Source: Methanoregula sp.
GTDB lineage: Archaea > Halobacteriota > Methanomicrobia > Methanomicrobiales > Methanospirillaceae
Direction: 5' to 3'
DNA: 64,000 nucleotides
Assembly (NCBI GenBank): GCA_039698055.1
Contig: JBDKTL010000027.1
Coordinates: 80,672-144,671 of the forward strand
The position numbers and the translations under genes are program-made. This document shows positions 1 through 9,422 of the stretch, in pieces. The notes below the pieces were generated by a model. The model made no database searches and was not told the origin of the DNA. It saw only the letters and a program-made list of their open reading frames with translations. Within the stretch, counting starts at the first letter, position 1. Each line of letters begins with the position of its first letter.

Positions 1-732
1 TCGGTCATCGTGCCGATGGACCACGGTTTTTCCATGGGGCAGATCGAGGGCCTGCTGGATATGACCAAAGTCATATCGGACGTGAGCGAAGGCGGGGCAA
101 ATGCGATTGTCCTGCACAAGGGAATGGTGAAACGCGGTCACCGGAGGCACGGCCGGGACATCGGCCTGATCGTCCACCTCTCCGGCAGCACGACAATGAA
201 CCCGGACCCCAATGACAAGGTGCTCGTCTGCACGGTTGAAGAGGCGATTGCGCTTGGCGCCGATGCCGTTTCGATCCACATCAATCTCGGGGCGCCCAAC
301 GAGTCAAAGATGCTGGAGTCCGGGGCAAAGATTGCCCGGGACTGCAACCGGTGGGGGATGCCGCTCCTGATCATGTGCTACCCACGCGGAAAAGGCATTG
401 ACCCGGTGTCACCACAGGCAATTGGCCACTGTGTCCGTGTGGCCGAGGAACTGGGCGCTGACCTGATCAAGACCAATTACCCGGGGAACACGGAAGCGTT
501 CCACCGGATCACAAAAGCGTGTTCGGTGCCGGTGTTCATTGCCGGCGGCGAAAAATCCGGCGACCTTGAGACCTTGAAAATCATCCGGGACTCCGTCCAT
601 GCCGGGGGTGCCGGTGTCTGCGTGGGACGAAACGCGTTCCAGCGCGAGGACACAAAGGGATTTGTCCGGGCGCTCTGCCAGGTAGTGCACGGGGACACGG
701 AGCCTGAGGCTGCGCTGGGGCAGGCGAGATGA
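1..732 (+). CDS. aroA': 2-amino-3,7-dideoxy-D-threo-hept-6-ulosonate (ADH) synthase, class I aldolase family; 5' end lies outside the window
   Basis: DhnA-type motifs VPMDHG, LHKG, GADAVSIHINLG, ELGADLIKTNY, IAGG, GRNAFQ; the frame is open to base 1 (SVIVPMDHG); directly upstream of DHQ synthase II. Confidence 0.9.
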   Translation, partial: SVIVPMDHGFSMGQIEGLLDMTKVISDVSEGGANAIVLHKGMVKRGHRRHGRDIGLIVHLSGSTTMNPDPNDKVLVCTVEEAIALGADAVSIHINLGAPNESKMLESGAKIARDCNRWGMPLLIMCYPRGKGIDPVSPQAIGHCVRVAEELGADLIKTNYPGNTEAFHRITKACSVPVFIAGGEKSGDLETLKIIRDSVHAGGAGVCVGRNAFQREDTKGFVRALCQVVHGDTEPEAALGQAR

Positions 733-1715
733 AACTGTTCTGGGTCGATGTCCGGCCGTGGAACAAGGATATCGCGACGAGTGCTCTTGAGAGCGGGGCT
801 GACGCGCTGATGGTCGATCATGCGGAGGACGTGAGAAGGCTTGGCCGGATTACCACCATCGCGCCCGATGGCGACCTGAAAACAGGCACCGATGTAGCCG
901 AAGTCACCATCACCGACAAGGCGAGCGAGAACGAAGCGGCAAAACTCGGGAACACCCGGTTTGTGGTGGTGACCACCCGTGACTGGACCGTTATCCCGCT
1001 GGAGAATCTCGTTGCACAGTCCGACCGGATAATCGCGAGCGTTAAAAACCTTCACGAAGCAGAAGTCGCCCTGACGGTTCTTGAAAAAGGCGTCCACGGC
1101 ATCCTGCTCAAAACCACCGACCCTTCGGTCGTACGATCCGTTGCGGCACGGGTAAAAGCGCAGGGCAGTACGGTAAACCTCGTCCCGTTCACGGTCACCG
1201 CAATCCGCCCGGTGGGGATGGGCGACCGGGTCTGCGTGGATACCTGCTCGATGCTGTCGGATGGCGAGGGGATGCTGATGGGCAATACGTCGTCTGCGAT
1301 GCTGCTCGTGCATGCCGAAACCCTTGAAAACCCGTACGTCGCGCCGCGCCCGTTCCGGGTAAACGCCGGCGCCGTTCATGCGTACATCATGCTGCCGGAG
1401 GGAAAAACCGCGTACCTTTCCGACCTGCATGTCGGCGGGCAGGTGCTGGTATCCGACGCAGCCGGATCGGCAAAGACGGCGATCATCGGGCGGACAAAGA
1501 TTGAGCGCCGTCCGCTGCTGCTGGTTGAAGCAAAAACGGATACCGCAAAGGTCAGCCTGATCCTCCAGAACGCCGAGACCATCCGGCTCGTGAAAGAAGA
1601 CGGGAGCGCAATCTCGGTGGTAAATCTCGCGACGGGCGACCGTATCATGGGATGTGTCCTTGAAGGAGGCCGGCATTTTGGCATGGCCGTCAAAGAGACC
1701 ATTGTTGAGAAGTGA
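729..1715 (+). CDS. aroB': 3-dehydroquinate synthase II (archaeal)
   Basis: Family motifs DWTVIPLENL, GMGDRVCVDTC, PRPFRVNAGAVHAY, KIERRPL, LQNAETIRL, GRHFG; ATGA overlap with upstream gene. Confidence 0.95.
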   Translation: MKLFWVDVRPWNKDIATSALESGADALMVDHAEDVRRLGRITTIAPDGDLKTGTDVAEVTITDKASENEAAKLGNTRFVVVTTRDWTVIPLENLVAQSDRIIASVKNLHEAEVALTVLEKGVHGILLKTTDPSVVRSVAARVKAQGSTVNLVPFTVTAIRPVGMGDRVCVDTCSMLSDGEGMLMGNTSSAMLLVHAETLENPYVAPRPFRVNAGAVHAYIMLPEGKTAYLSDLHVGGQVLVSDAAGSAKTAIIGRTKIERRPLLLVEAKTDTAKVSLILQNAETIRLVKEDGSAISVVNLATGDRIMGCVLEGGRHFGMAVKETIVEK

Positions 1716-1719
1716 CGCG

Positions 1720-2544
1720 ATGAAAGCAGGCATTATCGGCGGGACCGGGAAGATGGGAAAACTCTTTACCGGGGTTTTTGAACGGGCAGGATATACCGTG
1801 GAAGTCAGCGGCCGGTCGACTGCCCTGACAAACGCTGCACTGGCAGAAAGGTGCGATCTGGTGATCGTATCGGTACCCATCCGGGACTCAGTAAGGGTAA
1901 TCCAGGAAATTGCCCCGCTGCTCTCAAAGGACCAGGTGCTGTGCGATTTCACCTCGTTAAAGATGGAGCCGGTCGAGGCGATGCTCAAATCAAAGGCACA
2001 GGTGATCGGGCTGCACCCGATGTTTGGCCCCACGGTCAGTTCGCTCTCCCGCCAGACCATCATCGTCTGCCCGGCCCGTGCCGATCCCACCACCCTTGCT
2101 TCGCTTATCGCGCTTTTCAGAAACGAAGGGGCGGAATGCACGATCACGACACCGGAGAAGCACGACCGGATGATGGCGGTGGTGCAGGGTCTGACGCATT
2201 TTGTCACGCTCACCATGGCAGAGACCCTGCGCCGGCTTGATATTGATATTAGAACAACTCAGGCATTCACGAGCCCTGTCTACCAGATGGAAATGTCAGT
2301 TGTCGGCCGGCTTCTTTCGCAGGACCCGGATCTCTACGCTGATATCCTGCAGGAGAACCCGTTTGTGCCGGAAGTGCTGGACGCGTGCCAGGATGCAGTG
2401 CGCAATCTTGCCGATATCGTTACCGCAGGCGACCCTGACCGGTTCCGGGAATTTTTCCGGGACAACAGCCGGCATTTCGGGGATTACTGCCAACAGGGCC
2501 AGGAGACAACGGACGCACTGATCGAATGCATGGTGAAGAAATGA
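1720..2544 (+). CDS. tyrA: Prephenate dehydrogenase
   Basis: Rossmann IIGGTGKMG, DFTSLK, LHPMFGP, HDRMMAVVQGLTH; start placed at ATG 1720 just after the aroB' stop. Confidence 0.92.
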   Translation: MKAGIIGGTGKMGKLFTGVFERAGYTVEVSGRSTALTNAALAERCDLVIVSVPIRDSVRVIQEIAPLLSKDQVLCDFTSLKMEPVEAMLKSKAQVIGLHPMFGPTVSSLSRQTIIVCPARADPTTLASLIALFRNEGAECTITTPEKHDRMMAVVQGLTHFVTLTMAETLRRLDIDIRTTQAFTSPVYQMEMSVVGRLLSQDPDLYADILQENPFVPEVLDACQDAVRNLADIVTAGDPDRFREFFRDNSRHFGDYCQQGQETTDALIECMVKK

Positions 2545-3332
2545 CGGTCATCACGCTTGGCCCGGAAGGGACGTTCTCGCACGAACTTGCCCTGCGGCTC
2601 TCGTATTCTCCGCTGCGGCTGGTGCCCACCATCCACGGTGTCTTTGCCGCAGTTGCGCGGGGAGAAGGCGACGGTATTGTCCCGATAGAAAATTCCGAAG
2701 CCGGTGGTGTGGGTGCAACTCTTGACGGCCTTTTGTCCTATCCGCTCTTTATCACCCGCGAGATGTATATGCCCATCCACCACCACCTCGCAGCCCGGGT
2801 ACGTTTTGAGGAAATAACCGTGATCTATGCGCACCCGCAGACCCATGAGCAGTGCAGCGAACTGCTCGAGACGTGGGGCATCCCGGTCATCCACACCAGT
2901 TCCAATGCCGCAAGTGCAGTTGAGGCAAAAAACAATCCTGCTGCCGGTGCGATCGTATCCACCTACGCTTCGTCGCTCTATGATCTTCCCGTCCGAAAAA
3001 ATAATATCGAGAATAACCCGGAAAACGTCACCCGGTTCGTTCAGATTTCAAAAACTCCCGGCACGGCCGGCCACGAACAGAAATGCAGTATCCTGATCGA
3101 TCCCGAAATCGATCGTGCCGGGCTCCTCTTTGACCTGCTGGGGGTTTTTGCACAGAAACGGATCAACCTGACCCGTATCGAATCCCGGCCGTCACGGCGG
3201 GGGATCGGCACCTACGTGTTCTTCCTTGACTATGCCGTGTCCGCAGACACTCCCGGGGCACTTGCCCTCCTCAAGCAGATGACCACGGTCAAAGAGCTGG
3301 GCTGCTATGCACGAGCCGGGGTGCCCCCATGA
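2541..3332 (+). CDS. pheA: Prephenate dehydratase with ACT domain (no chorismate mutase domain)
   Basis: LGPEGTFS, VPIENSEAG, HPQ..EQC, NVTRF, INLTRIESRP; ATGA overlap at 2541. Confidence 0.93.
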   Translation: MTVITLGPEGTFSHELALRLSYSPLRLVPTIHGVFAAVARGEGDGIVPIENSEAGGVGATLDGLLSYPLFITREMYMPIHHHLAARVRFEEITVIYAHPQTHEQCSELLETWGIPVIHTSSNAASAVEAKNNPAAGAIVSTYASSLYDLPVRKNNIENNPENVTRFVQISKTPGTAGHEQKCSILIDPEIDRAGLLFDLLGVFAQKRINLTRIESRPSRRGIGTYVFFLDYAVSADTPGALALLKQMTTVKELGCYARAGVPP

Positions 3333-4594
3333 TCAGGACACTCCCGCTCACCCGTAACGTTGATGCGACCGTGCGTGCACCCCCGTCAAAGAGTTACACG
3401 CACCGGGCTCTCATCACGGGGGCGCTTGGCTTCGGCACAACCGTACTTGAGCACCCGCTGGATGCAGACGATACCCGTCTGACCGCACAGGCTCTTGCCG
3501 CGCTCGGGGTTCCAATCCGGTGGCAGGAAGACCGGATCACTATTGCCGGCTGCGACGGGGTTCTTCCCACTTCCGGCACGACAACGCTCAATCTCGATAA
3601 TTCCGGCACGAGCCTGCGCCTTCTCGCCTCCCTTGCGCTCCTTGCCTCCCACCCGGTTATTCTCACCGGCAGCGCACGGATGCAGGAGCGCCCGGTCGGC
3701 CCGCTTGCCGATGCACTCATGCAGATCGGGGGGACGGTCACCTTTCCGGGAAAACCGGGTTTTCCTCCCGTTCAGGTCAGCGGACACTTAAACGGGGGGC
3801 GGGTCAGCGTAGACGGATCGATGAGCAGCCAGTACATCTCCTCGCTCCTGCTCGCCGCCCCGTACGCGGACAGGGAAACGGAACTCTTAATCCTTGGTAC
3901 GCCGGTGTCGCGATCCTATCTTGACATTACCATGGATGTGATGCGGACATTTGGCGCCGATGTCAGGCAATCCGGTCCCGACCGGTTCGTGGTCAGCAAC
4001 CGGGCCCGCTATGCCGGCAGGAACTGTCCTGTTGAAGGGGATTATTCGTCGGCATCGTATTTTTTTGCCGTCGCGGCAATCTGCGGCGGCAGGATGACGG
4101 TCACCAACCTCAGCGCCACATCCGTGCAGGGGGACCGGCAGTTTCTTACGGCCCTTGAAGCGATGGGATGCCACGTGTCCCGTTCCGGAGATGCCGTGAC
4201 AGTTGAACGGACCGGCAGCCTTAGAGGAATCACCATCTATATGTCGTCTGCCCCCGACACCGTCCAGACACTCTGCATGGTGGCTGCCGGTGCAGAAACC
4301 CCCACGACCATCACGGGAATCAGCCACCTCAGGTTCAAGGAAAGCGACCGGATCGCGGGCACGGCAGAACGCCTCAGGGCACTGGGCGGCGATGTGCGGG
4401 TTGAAGATGACAGGATAACCATTTTCCCCCGTCCGCTGCACGGGGGCACGATTGACCCGGGCAACGATCACCGGACGGCGATGAGCTTTGCGGTGCTGGG
4501 GCTGGGCACGGGCGATGTTGCTATCACCCATGCAGAATGCGTGAACAAATCGTTCCCTGGATTCTGGGAAACGCTCGACGGGGTCGTACAATGA
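3329..4594 (+). CDS. aroA: 3-phosphoshikimate 1-carboxyvinyltransferase (EPSP synthase)
   Basis: PPSKSYTHR, NSGTSLR, SSQYISSLL, EGDYSSA, KESDRI, DHRTAM, KSFPGFW. Confidence 0.96.
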   Translation: MIRTLPLTRNVDATVRAPPSKSYTHRALITGALGFGTTVLEHPLDADDTRLTAQALAALGVPIRWQEDRITIAGCDGVLPTSGTTTLNLDNSGTSLRLLASLALLASHPVILTGSARMQERPVGPLADALMQIGGTVTFPGKPGFPPVQVSGHLNGGRVSVDGSMSSQYISSLLLAAPYADRETELLILGTPVSRSYLDITMDVMRTFGADVRQSGPDRFVVSNRARYAGRNCPVEGDYSSASYFFAVAAICGGRMTVTNLSATSVQGDRQFLTALEAMGCHVSRSGDAVTVERTGSLRGITIYMSSAPDTVQTLCMVAAGAETPTTITGISHLRFKESDRIAGTAERLRALGGDVRVEDDRITIFPRPLHGGTIDPGNDHRTAMSFAVLGLGTGDVAITHAECVNKSFPGFWETLDGVVQ

Positions 4595-5982
4595 AACGGG
4601 TTGTGCTGGTGGGTTTTCGCGGGACCGGCAAGACCGAGGTTGGGAAACGCCTGGCCCGGGAAAAGAACGTACCGTTTTTCGATACCGACGACCTGATCGA
4701 GCAAAAAACCGGCCGCTCGATCCCGGATATCTTCCATGACAACGGCGAGAAACGGTTCCGGGACATCGAACGCGAGGTTATTGCCAGCCTGCCCCTGACT
4801 GGCGCGGTCATCAGCACCGGCGGGGGCGTGGTTGCCGATCCGATCAACATGGAACGCCTGCGGGCCGACAGCAGCTGTGTCCTGCTCACGGCCGACATCG
4901 CGACCATTGAACAGCGCCTCACAAAAAAACCGCGCCCGCCGCTGACGGGGCTGCCGCTGCACGAAGAGATCGCCGAGATGATCGATCGCCGCCGCCAGCA
5001 GTACCGTGCAGCCGTAGATTTCTGTATTGACACCAGTGAAACATCCCCGGATGTTGCCACACAACAGGTTCTTGCGCTGCTGGATAACGGGGTTGCAACT
5101 GTTCAGCAGAGAAAAACAGCCTGTGCATTTTTCAGGACGGGCCGCATACCGGCACCGGCGCTTCAGAAACTCGAAGAGATCCTCACGGGACCACACCGGG
5201 ACCCGCAGACCCGGATTCTTGGCGTCGCCGGGTATCCCTGCGCCCACAGCCGGAGCCCGCACCTGTTTAATGCGCTCTTTTCCCGGTACCATCTCAACTA
5301 CCATTACACGTGGTTTGAGGCCCCCAAACCCGACGAGATTATGCAGGTCGCCCGGGCTGTCGATGCAAAAGGGCTCTCGGTCACGATCCCGTTCAAGCAG
5401 GACATGATACCGTTGCTTGATGAGGTCGACGAGACTGCCGCCCGGCAGATCGGTGCCGTCAACACGGTCGTGTTTGCCTGCGGGACGGCAACCGGCTATA
5501 ACACGGACTGGCTGGGGATACGAAAACCGCTGGTCGGCATGAAAGGGTCACGGGCGGTGCTGCTTGGCGCCGGCGGGGGTGCGGCTGCTGCCGCGTATGC
5601 CTTAAAGGACCTCGACATGGACGTGATCGTCCTGAACCGTACGCCGCAAAAAGCACAGGCGCTTGCCGAACGCTTCGGCTGTGCGTGGGCCCCGTGGGAT
5701 GCATTTGACCGGATCGATCCCGACCTTGTTGTCAATACGACACCGCTTGGCATGCAGCCGGATACCCGCAGCCCGCTTGCAGAAAAACAGATAACAGGGG
5801 AAATGACCATCTTTGATCTGGTATATACGCCGCCGGTAACCCCGCTCATCGGGATGGCGCGGCAGAAAGGGTGTACAACCATTACGGGCATCGATATGTT
5901 TGTCCACCAGGCACGGGAGCAGTTTTACCTGTTCTTCGGGATTGACGTGCCCGAACAGGTGATACGGGAGCTTGTCGCATGA
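4591..5982 (+). CDS. aroE: Fusion of P-loop (bacterial-type) shikimate kinase and shikimate dehydrogenase
   Basis: N-terminal [33 protein letters not shown]; C-terminal HSRSP, SVTIPFK, GAVNT, NTD, LGAGG, NTTPLGM, DLVYTP, MFVHQA. Confidence 0.93.
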   Translation: MKRVVLVGFRGTGKTEVGKRLAREKNVPFFDTDDLIEQKTGRSIPDIFHDNGEKRFRDIEREVIASLPLTGAVISTGGGVVADPINMERLRADSSCVLLTADIATIEQRLTKKPRPPLTGLPLHEEIAEMIDRRRQQYRAAVDFCIDTSETSPDVATQQVLALLDNGVATVQQRKTACAFFRTGRIPAPALQKLEEILTGPHRDPQTRILGVAGYPCAHSRSPHLFNALFSRYHLNYHYTWFEAPKPDEIMQVARAVDAKGLSVTIPFKQDMIPLLDEVDETAARQIGAVNTVVFACGTATGYNTDWLGIRKPLVGMKGSRAVLLGAGGGAAAAAYALKDLDMDVIVLNRTPQKAQALAERFGCAWAPWDAFDRIDPDLVVNTTPLGMQPDTRSPLAEKQITGEMTIFDLVYTPPVTPLIGMARQKGCTTITGIDMFVHQAREQFYLFFGIDVPEQVIRELVA

Positions 5983-6974
5983 ACACGTTTGGCAGAACAT
6001 TTCGGATTACAACATTTGGCGAAAGTCACGGGGCAGCGGTTGGCGTGGTCATTGACGGGTGTCCTCCCCGGATCGCGTTGTCGGCACAGGATATCCAGCC
6101 TTTGCTTGACCGGCGCCGGCCGGGAACCTCCCCGCTCACCTCGCCGCGCAGGGAGCCGGACCGGGTCGAGATCCTCTCCGGCATATTTGAGGGAAAGACT
6201 ACCGGGACGCCCATTGCGCTGCTCGTGCATAACGAGGATTCGCATTCCGGGGATTACGATGCCTTAAAAGACGTGTTCCGGCCGGGTCATGCAGACTTCA
6301 CGTACCAGGAAAAATACGGTATCCGGGACTATCGCGGCGGCGGGCGCAGTTCCGGCAGGGAGACAGTCGGCCGGGTGGCAGCCGGGGCGGTAGCCCAAAA
6401 AATCCTGTCGGCACACGGCATCGCCATCACCGGGAAAATTCTCGCGGTGCACGGGAAATCCGGCCAGAATGAGATCGAAGCGGAGATCCGTTCGGCAAAG
6501 GAAGCCGGCGATTCTGTTGGTGGAATTGTTGAGCTTGTCGCTCGTGGGTGTCCTGCGGGGCTTGGCGATCCGGTCTTTGGGAAACTGGACGCACTGATCG
6601 CCGGCGCGATGATGGGCATTGGCGCAGTCAAGGGAGTGGAGATTGGCGACGGGTTTGCCGCAGCCGGGAAATTCGGGAGCGGGAACAACGACCAGATGAC
6701 TGCTGACCGTTTTTTAAGCAACCATGCCGGGGGGATCCTTGGCGGCATCTCCAGCGGGCAGGATATTGTCGTGCGGATTGCGGTCAAACCCACGCCGTCC
6801 ATTCAGAAAATGCAGAAGACCCGGGACTGCCACGGCAACCAGGTGGATTTGTCAATCCAGGGGCGCCACGATCCCTGTATCGTGCCCCGCATCGTGCCCG
6901 TTGCCGAAGCGATGATGGCGCTCGTGCTCGTGGACTGCTGGCTGGAGCAGGAAAAGTATCTGATCGGCCGGTAG
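5979..6974 (+). CDS. aroC: Chorismate synthase
   Basis: [57 protein letters not shown]. Confidence 0.97.
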   Translation: MNTFGRTFRITTFGESHGAAVGVVIDGCPPRIALSAQDIQPLLDRRRPGTSPLTSPRREPDRVEILSGIFEGKTTGTPIALLVHNEDSHSGDYDALKDVFRPGHADFTYQEKYGIRDYRGGGRSSGRETVGRVAAGAVAQKILSAHGIAITGKILAVHGKSGQNEIEAEIRSAKEAGDSVGGIVELVARGCPAGLGDPVFGKLDALIAGAMMGIGAVKGVEIGDGFAAAGKFGSGNNDQMTADRFLSNHAGGILGGISSGQDIVVRIAVKPTPSIQKMQKTRDCHGNQVDLSIQGRHDPCIVPRIVPVAEAMMALVLVDCWLEQEKYLIGR

Positions 6975-7007
6975 AACTGCACACCGGCTCGTGGGGTGGG
7001 CGGGAAT

Positions 7008-7901
7008 CTAAACGCGCTTTGTGATTCCCACTTCAACCGGGTTCTCCGGATACGAGATCCATTCCGTAAACCCGCCTTCAAACATCACCACATCCGGGTA
7101 ACCGAGCAGGAATTTCAGGACGAGAAATGCGAGTGTTGCCGTTTTCCCGGTCCCGCAGGAGCAGATGACGGTTTTATCCGGGGTAACCCCACGGGATACA
7201 AAAATTTCCCGGAGTTTTTCCGGGGATTTAATAAGCGCCGTATTTTTCTCATCCATCAGCGCCGGTGCCGGGACATTGACCGCCCCGGGAATATGGCCGG
7301 GTTTTGCCCACGATGCCTGCCCCTCAAACGCAGCCGGTGGCCGGGTATCGACCAGCACGGCACCGGGCTTTTCCCTGAGACTGAGCAGTCCGGGATACCC
7401 GGTGAAATAATTCTCGCGGATGTGTGCGGTATATGCCACGCGGCGGGTACAGCCGGATACCTGCGTCACCGGCTGGTTCTCCTGCTGCCATTTGAGGAGT
7501 CCGCCGTCAAGAATACAGACCCGCGAATGCCCGTACCGGATGAGGGAATAGGCAACAAATGCGGCCGCAAAACCGTCGCCCGGAGCAGATGACGGGGTTC
7601 CTGTTCCGTTCCCCCCGGTATAGACGACCAGCTCGCGTCCGCTCTCTATTCCCACTACCCCAAAAAGTGCCTCTGCCATATCTTTTGGAATCCAGCGTGC
7701 CGGAATATTTCCTGTATGCACCCGGAACAGGCCCTCCGGCACATGCACCGCGCCGGGAATATGGCCGGAGAAATAGTCATGGACATCTGGCCGGCAGTCA
7801 AGGATCATCAGGCTGCGGTCGTCACGGTGTCTGGCCAGCCATCCGGTTGACACCCAGCGGACGGGAGGATTGGTTATTTCTTTGCTGCGTGCTGTTTCCA
7901 T
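7008..7901 (-). CDS. Tandem-domain rhodanese / thiosulfate or mercaptopyruvate sulfurtransferase
   Basis: WVSTGWL, two GHIPGA motifs, ILDGGLLKW, active-site CGTGKTA, FEGGFTEW; start may be 7901 or 7934. Confidence 0.88.
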   Translation of the reverse strand: METARSKEITNPPVRWVSTGWLARHRDDRSLMILDCRPDVHDYFSGHIPGAVHVPEGLFRVHTGNIPARWIPKDMAEALFGVVGIESGRELVVYTGGNGTGTPSSAPGDGFAAAFVAYSLIRYGHSRVCILDGGLLKWQQENQPVTQVSGCTRRVAYTAHIRENYFTGYPGLLSLREKPGAVLVDTRPPAAFEGQASWAKPGHIPGAVNVPAPALMDEKNTALIKSPEKLREIFVSRGVTPDKTVICSCGTGKTATLAFLVLKFLLGYPDVVMFEGGFTEWISYPENPVEVGITKRV

Positions 7902-8037
7902 GCTATCCCTAGACAGATGTTTTTTTTTATTCATGCAACCGGAAATCCGTACTCCTCTTTCGTTCTCAAACCCGGAATACCCTCAAAGGGAGTACCGGGT
8001 TTGGGTCTTGCATCCAAAAACCGGGAACCCACAAAAA

Positions 8038-8676
8038 TTACTCCTCCGGTTTCATGCGCTTCATCAGATCCACAAATTCTTCCACCGAATACTGGCCGTC
8101 TGCCGTTGTTGTTCCCATATGGCAGTATACCAGTTCAGAACCAAAGAAGGGGAACATCGCCCGGGCATACCGGAACTCTCTTCCCATCACTCCGGTGCAG
8201 ACGGGTTTTTGTGCCGCATGGGTAAACGCGAGCAGTTCGATGAGATCGTCAGCGTTTGCCGGCGTCATAATTATTTTGGGGATATCCCCGTACGCCCGCA
8301 ATTCGCGCTCCAGCACAAACAACACATGGAGCGGCATCATCCGCCCGGCATGGTGCGATGCGATGATTGTTTTGCCGGTGGATTTTATTGCTGCCGCATG
8401 CATCGCGAAGCGCTGTTCTATATCGATATAATCAACCAAGGGAATGATGGGGGAAATCTTTTCGAACCACTCATCTGCATTGCCAAAATACGTGCCGCCT
8501 TCCTCTGCCGAGCGGAGCGTTGCAATGATGGGCAGGCCGGTCTCCTTTTTTGCAGCCGCGATCTGCGCAGGAATATCGCCGTGCATCAGGTCAAGACGGA
8601 ATTCAATCATATCCGCTCCCTTGTCACGGGCGGCACCGGCATACGAGGCATCCGTGAGCGCAGCAACAATCTTCAT
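8038..8676 (-). CDS. aroD: Type I 3-dehydroquinate dehydratase
   Basis: ADMIEFRLD, IATLRSAEEGG, YIDIE, IASHH, DIPK, GVMG, DGQ; next to the aro operon. Confidence 0.92.
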   Translation of the reverse strand: MKIVAALTDASYAGAARDKGADMIEFRLDLMHGDIPAQIAAAKKETGLPIIATLRSAEEGGTYFGNADEWFEKISPIIPLVDYIDIEQRFAMHAAAIKSTGKTIIASHHAGRMMPLHVLFVLERELRAYGDIPKIIMTPANADDLIELLAFTHAAQKPVCTGVMGREFRYARAMFPFFGSELVYCHMGTTTADGQYSVEEFVDLMKRMKPEE

Positions 8677-8873
8677 GACTGGTTTTTTGTTGGCGGGCTA
8701 TCCTTAAAAAAATTCTTGGATGCCCAGGTAATGATAACTTTAAAAAAAATTCCCCCAACAAAAACTTCTCTTTTATTCACGGTTTATAAAACTCAAATCA
8801 AACATATCATGGATCGAATTTCCGGTGACAAACCGGTTTATCCCTTTTTGCGATATATACGTCTACTACAGTT

Positions 8874-9416
8874 ATGGAAACCGGAATCCCCGCCTTTCAA
8901 TGGCAGCGCCTTGTCATCACCCTGCTCGCAGGTATCGGGCTTGTCCTTGTACTGCCGCTCGCGCTCGCCATGGTTCTTGCTCTTCCGGTCACCCCGACCC
9001 TTGCCCTGATCGCGATGACACTCGTCATCGAGTATGCTGCTGCGCCCGGGGGAATCGCGCTTGGCCTCCCACCTTATTTTGTTCTGGGTGTCCTGTGCTC
9101 GGTAGCGCTTGGCATCACTCTTACCTTATATGGCCTGTTTGATACTCTTGCCACCCGATCAGAACGGATTGGGAATTTTTTGGCACGGTCGCAAAAAAAA
9201 GCGAACGAATCGTCCATTCTTGCAAAATATGGCATCTTCGGGCTTGTGCCATGCGTCCTGATACTGGGATTTTATGTCTGCCCGGCCGTTGCATGGGTCT
9301 GCGGCTGGCGACGGGATTATGCAATCCTGCTCACGATGGCCGGGTATATCCTTGCTTCCGTCGCAATAATTCTTGTAACAGCCGGTGTAATCTCGATTCT
9401 TTCAACCGGAGCCTGA
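8874..9416 (+). CDS. Membrane protein, small multi-drug export-like family
   Basis: About five hydrophobic segments; GIALGL and KYGIFGL motifs; co-oriented 6 nt upstream of the U32 gene. Confidence 0.7.
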   Translation: METGIPAFQWQRLVITLLAGIGLVLVLPLALAMVLALPVTPTLALIAMTLVIEYAAAPGGIALGLPPYFVLGVLCSVALGITLTLYGLFDTLATRSERIGNFLARSQKKANESSILAKYGIFGLVPCVLILGFYVCPAVAWVCGWRRDYAILLTMAGYILASVAIILVTAGVISILSTGA

Positions 9417-9422
9417 CCCGAT

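Noticed and set aside
477-2216. 579-aa minus-strand ORF and other long antisense ORFs over the aro operon
   Set aside because: Shadow frames of well-supported plus-strand genes in GC-rich coding DNA; no motifs
7870-9009. 379-aa plus-strand ORF spanning aroD
   Set aside because: Antisense to aroD and runs through promoter-like AT tracts; no recognisable domain
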